This document shows positions 1 through 11,568 of a stretch of 64,000 nucleotides of DNA, in pieces. The first letter of the stretch is position 1. Each line of letters begins with the position of its first letter. The translations under genes were made by a program, and so were the position numbers. Source of the stretch: Chiloscyllium plagiosum. Its lineage: Eukaryota. The stretch lies in the NCBI RefSeq assembly GCF_004010195.1, contig NC_057718.1, positions 101,730,112-101,794,111 of the forward strand, written 5' to 3'. The notes beneath the pieces are model-generated. The model did no database searches and had not been told where the DNA came from. It saw only the letters and a list, made by a program, of their open reading frames with translations.

Positions 1-490
1 TGGAGTACTGTGTGCAGTTCTGGTCACCTCATTTTAGGAAAGATGTGGAAGCTTTGGAGAGGGTACAGAGGAGATTTACCAGGATGTTTCCTGGAATGGA
101 GAATAGGTCGTACGAGGATAGGTTGAGAGTGCGAGGCCTTTATTCATTGGAACGGCGAAGGATGAGGGGTGACTTGATAGAGGTTTATAAGATGATCAGG
201 GAAATAGATAAAGTAGACAGTCAGAGACCTTTTCCCCGGGTACGACAGAGTGTTACAAGGGGACATAAATTTAAGGTGAGGGGTGGAAGGTATAGGGGGG
301 ATGTCAGGGGTAGATTCTTTACCCAGAGAGCGGTGGGGGCATGGAATGCGCTGCCTGTGGGAGTGGCAGAGTCAGAATCATTGGTGACCTTTAAGCGGCA
401 ATTGGATAGGTACATGGATAGGTGCTTAAGCTAGGACAAATGTTGGGCACATCATCGTGGGCCGAAGGGCCTGTTCTGTGCTGTATTGTT
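1..490 (+). mobile_element. CR1/HER1-type LINE, 3' end of ORF2 plus tail
   Basis: ORF 12..434 QFWSPH...LERVQRRFTRM...RGDLIEVYK...TRGH...FFTQR..WNALP is the CR1 ORF2 C-terminus; tail gggccgaagggcctgttctgtgctgta. Confidence 0.93.
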
Positions 491-1245
491 AGACAATAGA
501 CAATAGGTGCAGGAGTAGGCCATTCAGCCCTTCGACCTGCACCGCCATTCAATATAATCATGGCTGATCATTCCTAATCAGTATCCTGTTTCTGCCTTAT
601 CTCCATAACCCTTGATTCCACTATCTTTGAGAGCTCTATCCAACTCCTTCTTAAATGAATCCAGAGAGTGGGCCTCCACTGCCCTCTGGGGCAGAGCATT
701 CCACACAGCCACCACTCTCTGGGTGAAGAAGTTTCTCCTGAGCTCTGTCCTAAATGGTCTACCCCCGTATTTTTAAGCTGTGTCCTCTGGTTCGGCACTC
801 ACCCATCAGTGGAAATATGTTTAGTACTGCCAGAGTGTCCAATCCTTTCATAATCTTATACGTCTCAATCAGATCCCCTCTCAATCTTCGAAACTCAAGG
901 GTATACATTCCCAGTCACTTCAGTCTTTCAGTGTAAGGTAATCCTGCCATTCCAGGAATTGACCTCGTGAACCTACGCTGCACTCCCTCAATAGCCAGAA
1001 TGTCTTTTCTCAAATTTGGAGACCAGAACTGCACACAGTACTCCAGGTGTGGTCTCACCAGGGCCCTGTACAGCTGCAGAAACACCTCTTTGCTTCTATA
1101 CTCAATTCCTCTTGTTATGAAGGCCAGCATGCTATTAGCCTTCTTCACTACCTGCTGTACCTGCATGCTTGCCTTCATTGACTGGTGTACAAGAACACCC
1201 AGATCTCTCTGTCCTGCCCCTTTATATAAATTGATTCCATAACAA
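491..1245 (-). mobile_element. CR1 LINE 3' fragment (different subfamily, (CTATTGT)n tail)
   Basis: ORF 915..1259 RDLGVLVH...LYRALVRPHLEYCVQFWSP; tail agacaatagacaatag at 491. Confidence 0.92.
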
Positions 1246-2171
1246 CCTGTAGTCCTCATGATTTCATTGTTTTAGCCCCCAGTAGAAACTGCTGTGGAGC
1301 AAGAATTTGGAATTGCGCAGGTGTGGATACTGCACGAAGGCAGGAGCATGTTCCATCATCGCGTCCTTGCAGTCAAACCTTAACTGGATGGTGAGAAATG
1401 TGTGTGACTTCCTCAAGGTACTGCTAGTTCTGGTGAAGGTTTATCTCAGGGTCATTCAATTTCTTCAAGAAGTGTGGAGCTTGAAAGGAAAGCCATTGAA
1501 GATTAGATCTGCTCTGTTCTTTTTGTATATTTCACATCAGGATAATTAGAATGATGAAGCATCTTACAAAAACACTGGCTCCCTTGTTTTTAGCTATTTC
1601 TCATATCTTACATATGCTCCGCTCATTTTACAACCAACCCACTTAGGTTTGTACCTAAAGTAACTGAACCATGCTTGCTTCACCTTGCTAAAGCTGTGTT
1701 TTTGGGACTAATTGACATTTCATTTACAAGGACTTCCATTCATGCATAGCACATGTGTGTAAATGGCTGGCCCAGCGTTTATTGTCCGTCCCTAGCTGCC
1801 CTTGACAAGGTGGGAGTGAGCTGCCTTCTTGAACCGCTGCAGTCCATTTGCTGTAGGTGGACACACTTTGCTTTTCATAACGCTGTCTTTCCTGCGCTCA
1901 GTAGAAACTAGTGCAAACTCTGCCCCCTGTCTACTCTCGGTTAAGGAATGGATTCCCTCCTATTGCCTCTTTCTGCCTTGTTATAATCTGCACCACATCC
2001 AGTTGACTGTGAATGTAAAAAGCTGTGGATGCTTCTGCAGTACTTTCCGTTATGTTTCAGGGAGAATTGAAGATTGAGTAATAGATTAAGAGTCCTCATA
2101 TGTCTTACTGCACTGTTGCCATTAATCCTAAATAATCTAAATACCTCAGCATCAAATAAGCTGCAACTAGT

Positions 2172-2487
2172 GGGCGGCACGGTGGCACAGTGGTTAGCAC
2201 TGCTGCCTCACAGCGCCAGAGACCCGGGTTCAATTCCCACCTCAGGCGACTGACTGTGTGGAGTTTGCACGTTCTCCCCGTGTCTGCGTGGGTTTCCTCC
2301 GGGTGCTCCGGTTTCCGCTCACAGTCCAAAGATGTGCAGGTCAGGTGAATTGGCCATGCTAAATTGCCCGGAATGTTAGGTAAGGGGTAAATGTAAGGGT
2401 ATGGGTGGGTTGCGCTTCGGCGGGGCGGTGTGGACTTGTTGGGCCGAAGGGCCTGTTTCCACACTGTAAGTAATCTAATCTAATCTA
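2172..2487 (+). mobile_element. HE1 SINE (V-SINE), full length
   Basis: tRNA-like head gggcggcacggtggcacagtggttagcac, B box ggttcaattcc, V-core tgtggagtttgcacgttctccccgtgtctgcgtgggtttcc, CR1-shared tail and (ATCTA)n. Confidence 0.93.
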
Positions 2488-2844
2488 GTCATTGGTCAGA
2501 CAGAACTTGAGTATGATTGAAAAAAGAGGAGACATTTAGTCTCGCACAAAATGAAAAGCTTCGATAAAATGTACTTTTATTTTACAGTGGCACTCTTCTC
2601 CAATTGTTAATGAGTTTGAACACAAGGAGGAAGTTATGAATTTGAAAGCATGATTTGCTTCCTAATGTGTTCCATTAGATTTCCCTGAGGGAAAATAAAT
2701 GCAACAGCCCACAGCCAATTAAAGCAGCATTTCTGAATTCTGAGGTAGCTTTGGCAACCAGCAAATGGAAATTGCTGGTAGCAATGCTTATTTTTAAAAA
2801 TCGAAGCAAGGGTTTAACAGAAAGCAGCAGAAATCATCACCAAA

Positions 2845-2940
2845 AGAGAAAATGCTGGAAAATCTCAGCAGGTCTGGCAGCATCTGTAAGGAGAGAAAAG
2901 AGCTGACGTTTTGAGTCTAACTGACCCGTTGTCAAATCAG
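2845..2940 (-). repeat. Penelope-like pLTR-derived fragment
   Basis: aaatgctggaaaatctcagcaggtctggcagcatctg...gacgttttgagtc; same motif family as the termini of the GIY-YIG elements in this window. Confidence 0.55.
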
Positions 2941-2959
2941 AAATCATCATTTCAGCCCC

Positions 2960-3294
2960 ATGATTTTATGGAGATTTATAAAATCACAAATAGCTAATGT
3001 CTTTATCCCAGAGTAGGCGAGTCCAAAATGAGAGGGCATAGGTTTAGGGTGAGAGGAGAAAGGTTTAAAAGGGACCTAAGGGGCAACTTTTTCACACAGA
3101 GGGTAATGCGTGTTTTGATCGAGCTGGCAGAGGAAGTGGTGGAGGCTGGTACAATTACAACATTTAAAAGGCATCTGGATGGGTACATGAATAGGAAGGG
3201 TTTAAAGGGATATGGGTCAAATGATGGCAAATTTGACTAGATTAGTTTAAGTTTTCTGGTTGGCATGGACGAGTTGGACCGAAGGGTCTGTTTT
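2960..3294 (+). mobile_element. CR1 LINE 3' end
   Basis: ORF 3028..3240 RGHRFRVRGERFKRDLRGNFFTQRV; its tail is interrupted by an HE1 SINE. Confidence 0.88.
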
Positions 3295-3618
3295 GGGCGG
3301 CACGGTGGCTCAGTGGTTAGCACTGCTGCCTCACGGTGCCAGGGACGTGGGTTTGATTCCAGCCTCAGGTGACTGTCTGTGTGGAGTTTGCACGTTCCCC
3401 CTGTGTCTGCGTGGGTTTCCTCCGGGTGCTCCAGTTTCCTCTCACAATCCAAAGATGTGCAGCTTAGGGTGGATTGGCCATGCTAAATTGCCCATAGTGT
3501 TTGATGCATTAGTCAGGGGTAAATGTAGAGGAATGGGTCTGGATGTGTTACTCTTCAGAGGGTCGGTGTGGACTTGTTGGTCTGAAGGGCCTGTTTCCAC
3601 ACTGTAGGAAATCTAATC
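3295..3618 (+). mobile_element. HE1 SINE inserted in CR1 tail
   Basis: Same head, core and tail as 2172-2487; the CR1 tail resumes (tgctttatgactc) after it. Confidence 0.9.
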
Positions 3619-4069
3619 CCTGCTTTATGACTCAATTTGAGAAAAGAACTTCCCTGTGTCTGAGTAGAATAGGAAACATTCAGCAGGTCTAACAGAATTG
3701 GTGGGGCAGGGAAGCTGACCTAACCTTTCCAACCTATTGCACTTTAAGTGAATTGGGAAATGTCACAGAGAGAAAGGAGGGCCCATGAGGAGGTTGGATA
3801 GAGGAATGAGTAAATGACCAAAGGCTAATGACCAAAGGCAGCTAGATTGGCAAAGGAACAAATAAAAACATTGGATATTGGGATGGTTAAATGGAAAGGG
3901 TGGAAATATTACACATATCTGCTGTCTGAGGACGTGGGAGTAGAGGTTCTGCTCTGAAATTGTAGTCTTCAATATTGGGCCCAAAAACGGTTAACTCATT
4001 CCAGAATGACAATAGGTTCCACCCCCCTCCCCCAGCTTCACCTTCCAAACCAGCAATCTCCACGCCAAA

Positions 4070-4300
4070 GAAACATAGAAAATAGGACTAGTAGACCATT
4101 CAGCCCTTTGAGCCTGGTCCACCAGGTTATCATCCCCAGCTCAGTCCCCTGCTCCTGCTTTCTCTCCATACCCTTTGATTCCTTTAGCCATATCTAACTG
4201 CTCAAAACATTCAATGGTTTGGCCTCAAACCACTTCTCTTCAGCAATGAATTCCATCAACTCCTCACTGTCTGGGTGAAGAAATTTCTCCTCACAATCCC
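4070..4300 (-). mobile_element. Old CR1 3' tail fragment
   Basis: aaacatagaaaataggactagtagaccattcagccc...ctgggtgaagaaatttctcctca resembles the 491-760 tail. Confidence 0.6.
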
Positions 4301-5257
4301 CCAGCTTTTCTGTCACCTGTACCTCAGAAGTGAGTAATAATACAGAACCTGGGTGTTGAGAATCCTGTGGTGTTTGTGGAAGAATATTTCCCATATTATA
4401 ATCTGTGGATAATTTAAGTGGGATGTTTTGTTCATTCCTTCAGAAGTTGTCCTATGCCCCTATTGGCTGGTAATCGTTTACTGTAATTTCCAAACTCTGG
4501 ACAGGCAAATCTGATTCAGGAACTGATTCATAATCATAACTAATTTATTCAGTTTGACTGGGAAGTCACTCACAAAGAGTCAAGAGATCTCCTATATGTT
4601 GTACAATAATTTATCAGTTTATAGTGATTGCATTTTAAAGATGTGGGACCTTTAGCAGATTATACTTTTTAGAATAATTACAGATTTCTTGTAGACTGAG
4701 TGATATGGAATACAGCCATGGGCATTGTGACACTGTGGCAATGTCCCTACCTCTGGGCCAGAAGGTCTGGGTTCAAGTTTCAAGTATCCCAGAAGATGGA
4801 GTTTAATTTGGATAAATGTGAGTATTGCATTTTGATAAAACAAACAAGGGCAGGATACATACAGTAAATAGTAGGGCCCTGGGCAATGTTGTCAAACAGA
4901 GACCAAGGGGTTCAGGTAATGACTTTATAAATGTATCTTAACATATCTAAGTAAGTTAGTTAAAATAACCAGTATAAAACCATCTCACAGTGAAATCATA
5001 ATTAAACTTCCTGAATAAAATTTTCTATTTGGTCAGCCTTCCATATTAACCTTCCTAATTGTCTTTAGTGGATGGTGCTGCCTGTTTCTTTTTATGTCGA
5101 TGAGTGTCCAGTGAGCGTAAAAAAACTTACTGTCAGTGTGAGATAAACTAAAAGGTGAGCTCAAGCTAAAGTAATGGACTGGGGGAAACGGAGCAGGGGT
5201 CTCCATCCTGACACCTTGGAGAGATGTCCTGTAGGTACTTTCTAAACACCCTGTTCA

Positions 5258-5345
5258 CAGATGTTATGACACACCTCTGAGGCAGGTGGTCTTGAACTTT
5301 GGCCTCTTGGTCCAGCGATAGGGGTACTGCATTGCGCCACAAGTG
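5258..5345 (-). repeat. Short (~90 bp) tRNA-derived SINE head; related copies at ~4722-4795(+), 16143-16235(-), 25250-25340(-)
   Basis: agatgttatgacacacctctg...cttgaac...ccacaag recurs four times in the window, with a B-box-like gttcaag on the sense strand. Confidence 0.6.
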
Positions 5346-5844
5346 AAGGAAAACACTCTATCTTGAGATCAGGACGTTGTCATTGCAGGACACTGATATC
5401 CACACACGACATCAACTGTCTCCTTGTGCTCTTGGTTCAATAGTCACAGGTCATGTACTTTTACAGCCTATTTAATGAAAGAATCGTATTTGTGCTGTTA
5501 TTGCTTATGATGATGCTATGGCTTTAAGCAATGGTTTCATTTAAGAGAGAGATTGAACTTGGGTGGAGGAGCAGTGGCTGGTAATGTAAACAGCTTGAGG
5601 CCTTGGGTTTTTGGTTTTTTAAAGTTGGAACAATAGATGCAGCTTGGATGGGTGTGGACATTTCTCACAGACCAGGATTTCTAGTTTTTTTTCTGTTTTT
5701 AGATTCAGCAGAAGCTGCTGAAGTCTTGAAGTAGAAGGTATTTTCTCCCCTCTCTCAGTTACAGCCAGAAACTGGGATTTCCTCTCCTTTTGCGGCATTG
5801 CTTGTGAGAAAATTTGATTTCTGAATTACCCCTTTTACCTCTGT

Positions 5845-6020
5845 GCTGCCCAAACAAACCTTGCAGGTGAAGCAGCTTTTCGTTTGGACTTCCTTCTATC
5901 TGCTGCATTCGCTGCTCACAATGTGGTCTCCTCTATGTTGGCGAGACCCAACACAGAATGATTTGCAGAATACCACCCTCTGTCGGGAGGGATGACACTG
6001 ACCTCCCAGTTGCTTGTCAG
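5845..6020 (+). mobile_element. Penelope-like element GIY-YIG fragment
   Basis: tgcattcgctgctcacaatgtggtctcctctatgttggcgagacc = CIRCSQCGLLYVGET. Confidence 0.7.
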
Positions 6021-6262
6021 GGGTTTGAAAATGCAAGAATGGTGATAGAGGTGGATGTGAGAGCCAGGGTCTGTTGGGACAATTGGTAGGTGGGCAGGGA
6101 GAATTGAATGGCAGAGGGTTTGTTTTTGTTGGTCAACAGTAATGAATGTGTGGGATAATGTGCATGTTCAGTGTGGCCGGGGAGGCAGATCTGGGGAAGT
6201 GGGCCTGGGGGGGTGAGAGGTTGCAAAAAGGCAGACTGGGGATCAAGGCCTAGATCTCCCTA

Positions 6263-6495
6263 CGGTGGCATGGTAGCTCAGTGGTTAGCACTGCTGCCTG
6301 ATAGCATCGGGGACTTGGGTTCAATTCCACCCTCAAGGAACGTGTTCAGTTTGCAGATTCTCCCAGTGCCTGCAATGCTATATTGCCCATAGTGTCCGGT
6401 GTTATGCAGGCTAGGTAGGTTAGCCAGGGGAACTGCAGGGATAGAGGCTGTAGTGTGAACTGAATGGCTGTAGGGTTTCTATACTTTTCTATGAT
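6263..6495 (+). mobile_element. Degenerate HE1-like SINE
   Basis: cggtggcatggtagctcagtggttagcactgctgcc...gggttcaattcc...tgctatattgcccatagtgtcc. Confidence 0.7.
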
Positions 6496-6546
6496 CAGAC
6501 TGTTCCACGAACCTACTGATGTAGTTGGTGAGATTTAAATGTTACT

Positions 6547-6752
6547 TATGTCCTCCTGCTCACTCATTGTGGAATTTGTGAAACAGGCGACACATCATTA
6601 TATTTCCCCAAGGAACTGCAGTTGTGGGCGGCACGGTGGCACAGTGGTTAGCACTGCTGCCTCACAGCGCCAGAGATATGTCCTCCTGCTCACTCATTGT
6701 GGAATTTGTGAAACAGGCGACACATCATTATATTTCCCCTAGGAACTGCAGT
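6547..6752 (+). repeat. 76-bp direct repeat (6547-6622, 6677-6752) flanking a ~50-bp HE1 head
   Basis: The two copies differ at one base; the spacer is tgt + gggcggcacggtggcacagtggttagcactgctgcctcacagcgccagaga. Confidence 0.92.
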
Positions 6753-7116
6753 ATAAGTTAGATGTCACTTTCACGTGGAATGTAGATTGGTATGTTCTTT
6801 TATTTTCATTGGGTCTAATTGTTTTGAAAGGATATCATTTGCACATTAAGATTTTATGGCTGCCTCACCCAAACATTTCATTGAAACAAACCAATTATAG
6901 TTAACCAGTAAATATGCAAATGAAGATTACATAAACATAAACAGTAGTTAGTGAGGAGGTGGTCACCATAACTGTAATTCTTTCACGGAAAACAGATCAT
7001 CTGCTTCCTGAGTGTTCAGAACAGTGCAGAATGGAGAAAACTCTTACCTCATACCTTGTCTAAGCTGAGATGTCACTTTTTTTTATACTGATAAAACCTT
7101 AAATTATCTAGGGACT

Positions 7117-8076
7117 GTGTGAGATGGGCCAATTGGCTGAGAAGTGGCAGATGGAGTTTAATTCAGATAAATGCGAGGTGCTGCATTTTGGGAAAGCAAA
7201 TCTCAGCAGAACTTATACACTTAATTAGATTACTTACAGTGTGGAAACAGGCCCATCGGCCCAACAAGTCCACACAGACCTGTCGAAGCGTAACCCACCC
7301 ATTCCCGTACATTTACCCCTTTACCTAACACTACGGGCAATTTAGCATGGCCAATTCACCTGACCTGCACATCTTTGGACTGTGGGAGGAAACCGGAGCA
7401 CCCGGAGGAAACCCACGCAGACACAGGGAGAATGTGCAAACTCCACACAGTCAGTCGCCTGAGTCGGGAATTGAACCCAGGTCTCTGGCGCTGTGAGACA
7501 GCAGTGCTAACCACTGTGCCACCATAATGGTAAGGTCCTAGGGAGTGTTGCTGAACAAAGATACCTTGGAGTGTCGGTTCATAGCTCCTTGAAAGTGGAG
7601 TTGCAGGTCGATAGGATAGTGAAGAAGGCGTTTGGTATGCTTTCCTTTATTGGTCAAGGCTGAACAGGCTAGGGCTGTTTTCCCTGGAGCATTGGAGGCT
7701 GAGGGGTGACCTTATAGAGGTTTACAAAATTATGAGGGGCATGGATAGGATAAATAGACAAAGTCTTTTCCCTGGGGTGGCAGAGTCCAGAACTAGAGTG
7801 CATAGGTTTACAGTGAGAGGGGAAAGATATAAAAGAGACCTAAGGGGCAACGTTTTCACACAGTGCGTGTATGGAATGAGCTGCCAGAGGAAGTGGTGGA
7901 GGCTGGTACAATTGCAATATTCAAGAGGCATTTGGATGGGTATATGAATAGGAAGGGTTTGGAGGGATATGGGCCGGGTGCTGACAGGTGGGACTAGATT
8001 GGGTTGGAATATCTGGTCGGCATGGACAGGTTGGACTGAAGGATTTGTTTCCATACAGTACATCTCTATGACTCTG
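7117..8076 (+). mobile_element. CR1 LINE 3' part, internally deleted, interrupted by HE1
   Basis: MGQLAEKWQMEFNSDKCEVLHFG start; jump ttggtca|aggctgaacagg near 7657; (TATGACTC) tail. Confidence 0.9.
7226..7524 (-). mobile_element. HE1 SINE nested in CR1, 4-bp TSD TAAT
   Basis: Reverse-complement HE1; taat at 7222-7225 and 7525-7528. Confidence 0.92.
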
Positions 8077-8545
8077 TAAGTTCTGGGATTTACACATTAA
8101 ATCAATCGAAACCTGCATCCCCATTCTAAGTGATTAAAGATAACAGTAATCTAAGTTTGTTCAATAAATTACATCAGTTGTGTGACAATTTAATCTTTTA
8201 CTTTAAATTCTGTGTCCTATGATCCTGCCCCATTAGTTATCTGATGAAGGAGCAGCGCTCCAAAAACTGTACTTTCAGATAAACCTGTCGGACTATAACC
8301 TGGTGTTGAGTGATTTTTAACTTCGAGGAGAAAGTGAGGACTGCAGATGCTGGAGATCAGAGCTGAAAATGTGTTGCTGGANNNNNNNNNNNNNNNNNNN
8401 NNNNNNNNNNNNNNNNNNNNNNNNNNGTCGATTCTCCTGTTCCTTGGATGCTGCCTGACCTGCTGCGCTTTTCCAGCAACACATTTTCAGCTCTGATTTT
8501 TAACTTTGTCCACCCCAGTCCAACACCAGCACCTCCACATCGAGA
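8077..8545 (+). mobile_element. Non-coding 3' end/pLTR of a probable Penelope-like family with hammerhead-like motif, interrupted by a fold-back element
   Basis: ctgatgaaggagcagcgctccaaaa at 8241; aaacctgtcggactataacctggtgttgagtgatttttaactt...tgtccaccccagtccaacacc. Confidence 0.6.
8324..8493. mobile_element. Fold-back mini-element from Penelope-like pLTR, 13-bp TSD; centre is an N-gap (8382-8426)
   Basis: Inverted arms gagctgaaaatgtgttgctgga / tccagcaacacattttcagctc; tgatttttaactt at 8311-8323 and 8494-8506. Confidence 0.8.
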
Positions 8546-8764
8546 AAATTGATAGATTGTGTAGAAAGCAACAGACACTTGGGAGAAATTGTATCAAGGG
8601 GTTCAACTTTACTTAAACAGCACTCTGACATACACTTTTTTTTCTTGTGGGGATGGTGGAATGATTCATGGGCAGATTATTAGCTGGCCAGGCAGTGTGA
8701 CGTACACTCCTTCTGAGGTCAACAAGTCCTTTGTGGGTAGAGAAAAATGTACTTAAACTCTGAG

Positions 8765-9310
8765 CAAAAACAGAAACTGCTGGAAACACTCAGCAGGTCT
8801 GTCAGCGTCTGTGGAGAGAAATTGGAGTTAACATCACAGGCGGTGTATCATTGTGGAATCAGACCATTTGGCCCAACAAATCTACACTGACTCTCCAAAG
8901 GGTATCCTACCCAGATCCATTCCCTTGTCCTATTATTCTACATTTCCCATGACTGATACACCTAACCTACACACCTCTGAACACTATGGACAATTTAGCA
9001 CGGCCAATCCACCTAACCTTCACATCTTTGGATAGTGGAAGGAAGCCAGGGAAAACCCACACAGACACAGGTAGGATGTGCCAACTCCTCACAGGCAGTC
9101 TCCTGAAGGTGTGATCAAACCCGGGATGCTGGTGCTGTGAGGTACCAGTGCTAACCACTGAGCCACCATCTGTTTCAGGTGAAGTGACCCTTCCTCAGTG
9201 CCTGAAGCATTAACTCAGATTTCTCTCCACAGATGCTGCCAGACCTGATGAGCTTTTTCAGCAATTTCTGTTTTTGGTTCTGATTTCCAGCATCCACAGT
9301 TCTGGTTTTT
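8765..9310. mobile_element. Older fold-back pLTR element split by a minus-strand HE1-like SINE (~8850-9168)
   Basis: Left arm aaaacagaaactgctggaaacactcagcaggtctg...; right arm ...cagacctgatgagctttttcagcaatttctgtttt; SINE between the arms. Confidence 0.7.
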
Positions 9311-9419
9311 ACACTGCCTACTGTCATACATGATTTCTGCAGGGTTTAAACAATTGTCTTAAACTGTACAGATAAAGCTGTTTTATGAGGTTGTTTGAGA
9401 GTATATGTTGCTTATGCAA

Positions 9420-9668
9420 AAGCAAAATAGTATGGATGGTAAATGCCTGAAATGAAAAGAAAGTACTGGGGAAACTCCAGAGGTCTGGCATCAACTGTGG
9501 AAAGAAAGCACAGAGTTAATGTTTTGAGTCTGATGTGGCTCTTCTTCAGAACTGCTAAATTCCGACGCTGAAGTCACATCAAACTCGAAAACGTTAACTG
9601 TATGTCTCTGTCCACAGTTGCTGCCAGACCTGTAGAGTTTCTCCAGCAATTTCTGTTTTTATTTGTGC
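9420..9668. repeat. Older fold-back pLTR element
   Basis: ctggggaaactccagaggtctggcatcaactgtgga... versus ...tccacagttgctgccagacctgtagagtttctccag form inverted arms. Confidence 0.65.
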
Positions 9669-10257
9669 TAGTAATGCATTCTCCCTCAAAACAGAAACCG
9701 GTTAGTAGGAAGTAAACAAAACAGAAAATTAGAAATTTTTGCATTTCAACTTTTAATCTTTCGTGCAAATATTATCACAATTATAAACACCATTTCAAAA
9801 GCACTGGAGCCTAATGGAGAAAAGCCTATTGAGATTTGCAGCTTCTATTATGAAGAGAATAAATAGTAAATCAGGCTCTTAGAGTCTGAAAATCATCAAA
9901 GTAGATCACTTATGCTTTAATTTTCATTCCAAATGTTTAAAACAATTTCTTTACATTGGATAAATTAATTATAAACAATTAATACATTATAAGCAATTTA
10001 TTCAATTTTTTCAAATATTTTCTTGCTTTTATTGTATTGCCAATGAATTGTCAAGCCATTTTATGAGATTGACCACATTTCCATTCATGTTGAACAGGTG
10101 ACATCTTATCAATGCTTCAAGAAAAAGTGTGGTCAGGGATCTGCTCTGCTCAATCTTCATTTCAATGAGTGCCTTGCCTTGATTTTTTTTTTGAAAGCCA
10201 ACAGGAAATCCAAGATTATCAGCTTCCATCGTTGACGAATTATAATCATGTTACACT

Positions 10258-10580
10258 CTGGAATGTAGGTTTGCTCGCTAAACTGGATGGTTCATTTTCA
10301 GACGTTTCATTACCATACTAGGTAACATCTTCAGTGAGCCACCGGATGAAGCACTGGTGGCATGGCCCACTTTCTATTTACATGTTTGGGCTTCCTTGAG
10401 TCGATGATGTCATTTCATGTGGTGACATCATTTCCTGCAGTGATGTCATTTCTGGTTCTTTTTCTCAGGGGGTGGTTAATGGGATCCAAGTCGATGTGTT
10501 TGTTGATAGAGTTCCAATTGGAATGCCATGCTTCTAGGAATTTTCATGCATGTCTCTGATAGGCATGTCCTGGATGGATG
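10258..10580 (-). mobile_element. Penelope-like element 3' end (second family): GIY-YIG C-terminus plus hammerhead-like pLTR
   Basis: Minus strand reads ...QRHA*KFLEAWHSNWNSINKHIDLDP, typical of a PLE endonuclease C-terminus, then ctgaagatgttacctagtatggtaatgaaacgtc. Confidence 0.7.
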
Positions 10581-10889
10581 TAATAATGTCAACAAAATGT
10601 ACCATTAGGATTTCTTTAGCTGACTTTGGAATGAATTATGTCTTAACATCATGATTTAGGAAATTGAGAGATTGGTTCGTATGAATTGTTTTCAATGAAA
10701 ATCATTAAAGTTACCAAAAAGAACTGAGAACATGTGACCTGCAGCTATAATGTTTAGCTCTCCTTAATGCTTTAGACTAAAGACAAAAAACATTTTGCTC
10801 CGATTTGGATCGATTTTATGCTGATCACCCATTTTCTAGCTGAAATGTGTAATTTCAATGCCTGCCGTACAGATCCAGATTTATTCCTT

Positions 10890-11312
10890 GCGTTGTTTCA
10901 GCATTGATTCACTCTTCCTGTGAATCAGAAAGCTGTGAACTCAAGCTCCTGTCCTGGCTGTTGAGTGGGTAACCTAGGCTGACACTTCAGTGTAGCACCG
11001 ATGCAGTGCCGTGTCGTCAGAGATGTTCCTTTTCAGGTGAGAAGATTAAATGGAGGACCAATCTACTCAGATGAACATAACACATCCAAGCACATTATTA
11101 GAAGAGGAAAAGAATTGCTTTCAGGAGTTGGATGACACCTTTCTCAATGTCACGAGGATGGTCTTCTCTGGTCATTTAGCCACTGTTGCTGTTTACTGGA
11201 TGTTGCTGTGTGAAAATTGTCATTTACAACAGTGATTGCAGTTCAAAAGAACTTTTATCTGTGAAGAATCTTGGCAGTCAATATTGTGAAAAGCACAATA
11301 CAAATGCAACAC
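10890..11312 (+). mobile_element. Ancient Deu-domain SINE (SacSINE1/AmnSINE1-like)
   Basis: ggctgacacttcagtgtagcac...ttttcaggtgagaagattaaa...tctggtcatttagccactgttgctgttt...ttacaacagtgattgcagttcaaaag...gtgaaaagcacaatacaaatgcaa follows the DeuSINE core and tail as I recall them. Confidence 0.7.
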
Positions 11313-11568
11313 GGTCTTGCTGCAATGTTCATTGGTTTAGTTGTAAGTTGAGTATTTTCTGTTTATTCTACACAGGACATGGTCGTCACTGACAAGATCA
11401 GTATTTGTTGGCCATTACTAATGTCACTGAAAAGGTGGTGAAAGTCCGCCTTCTTGAAATGTTGAGCTCATGTGAATCCTACAGAGATGGCCCATTAACG
11501 ACTTGCAGGAATTGGTCCCAGTGATGATGAAAGATGTATTTTGAAGTCAAGTTAGCATATGCTTTGGA

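Noticed and set aside
484..498. Palindrome at the tail-to-tail CR1 junction
   Set aside because: Explained by similar TATTGT tail motifs meeting in opposite orientation.
1276..1400. Possible plus-strand exon of a neighbouring gene (e.g. MACROD2)
   Set aside because: The peptide is not recognisable and the frame closes quickly; only a plausible AG and GT support it.
2172..2250. tRNA gene
   Set aside because: tRNA-derived SINE head continuing into the V-domain and LINE tail; the same applies to all other copies.
5510..5840. Solo LTR (also considered for ~49430-50210)
   Set aside because: The texture is LTR-like, but I could not establish TG...CA ends, a TSD or a second copy.
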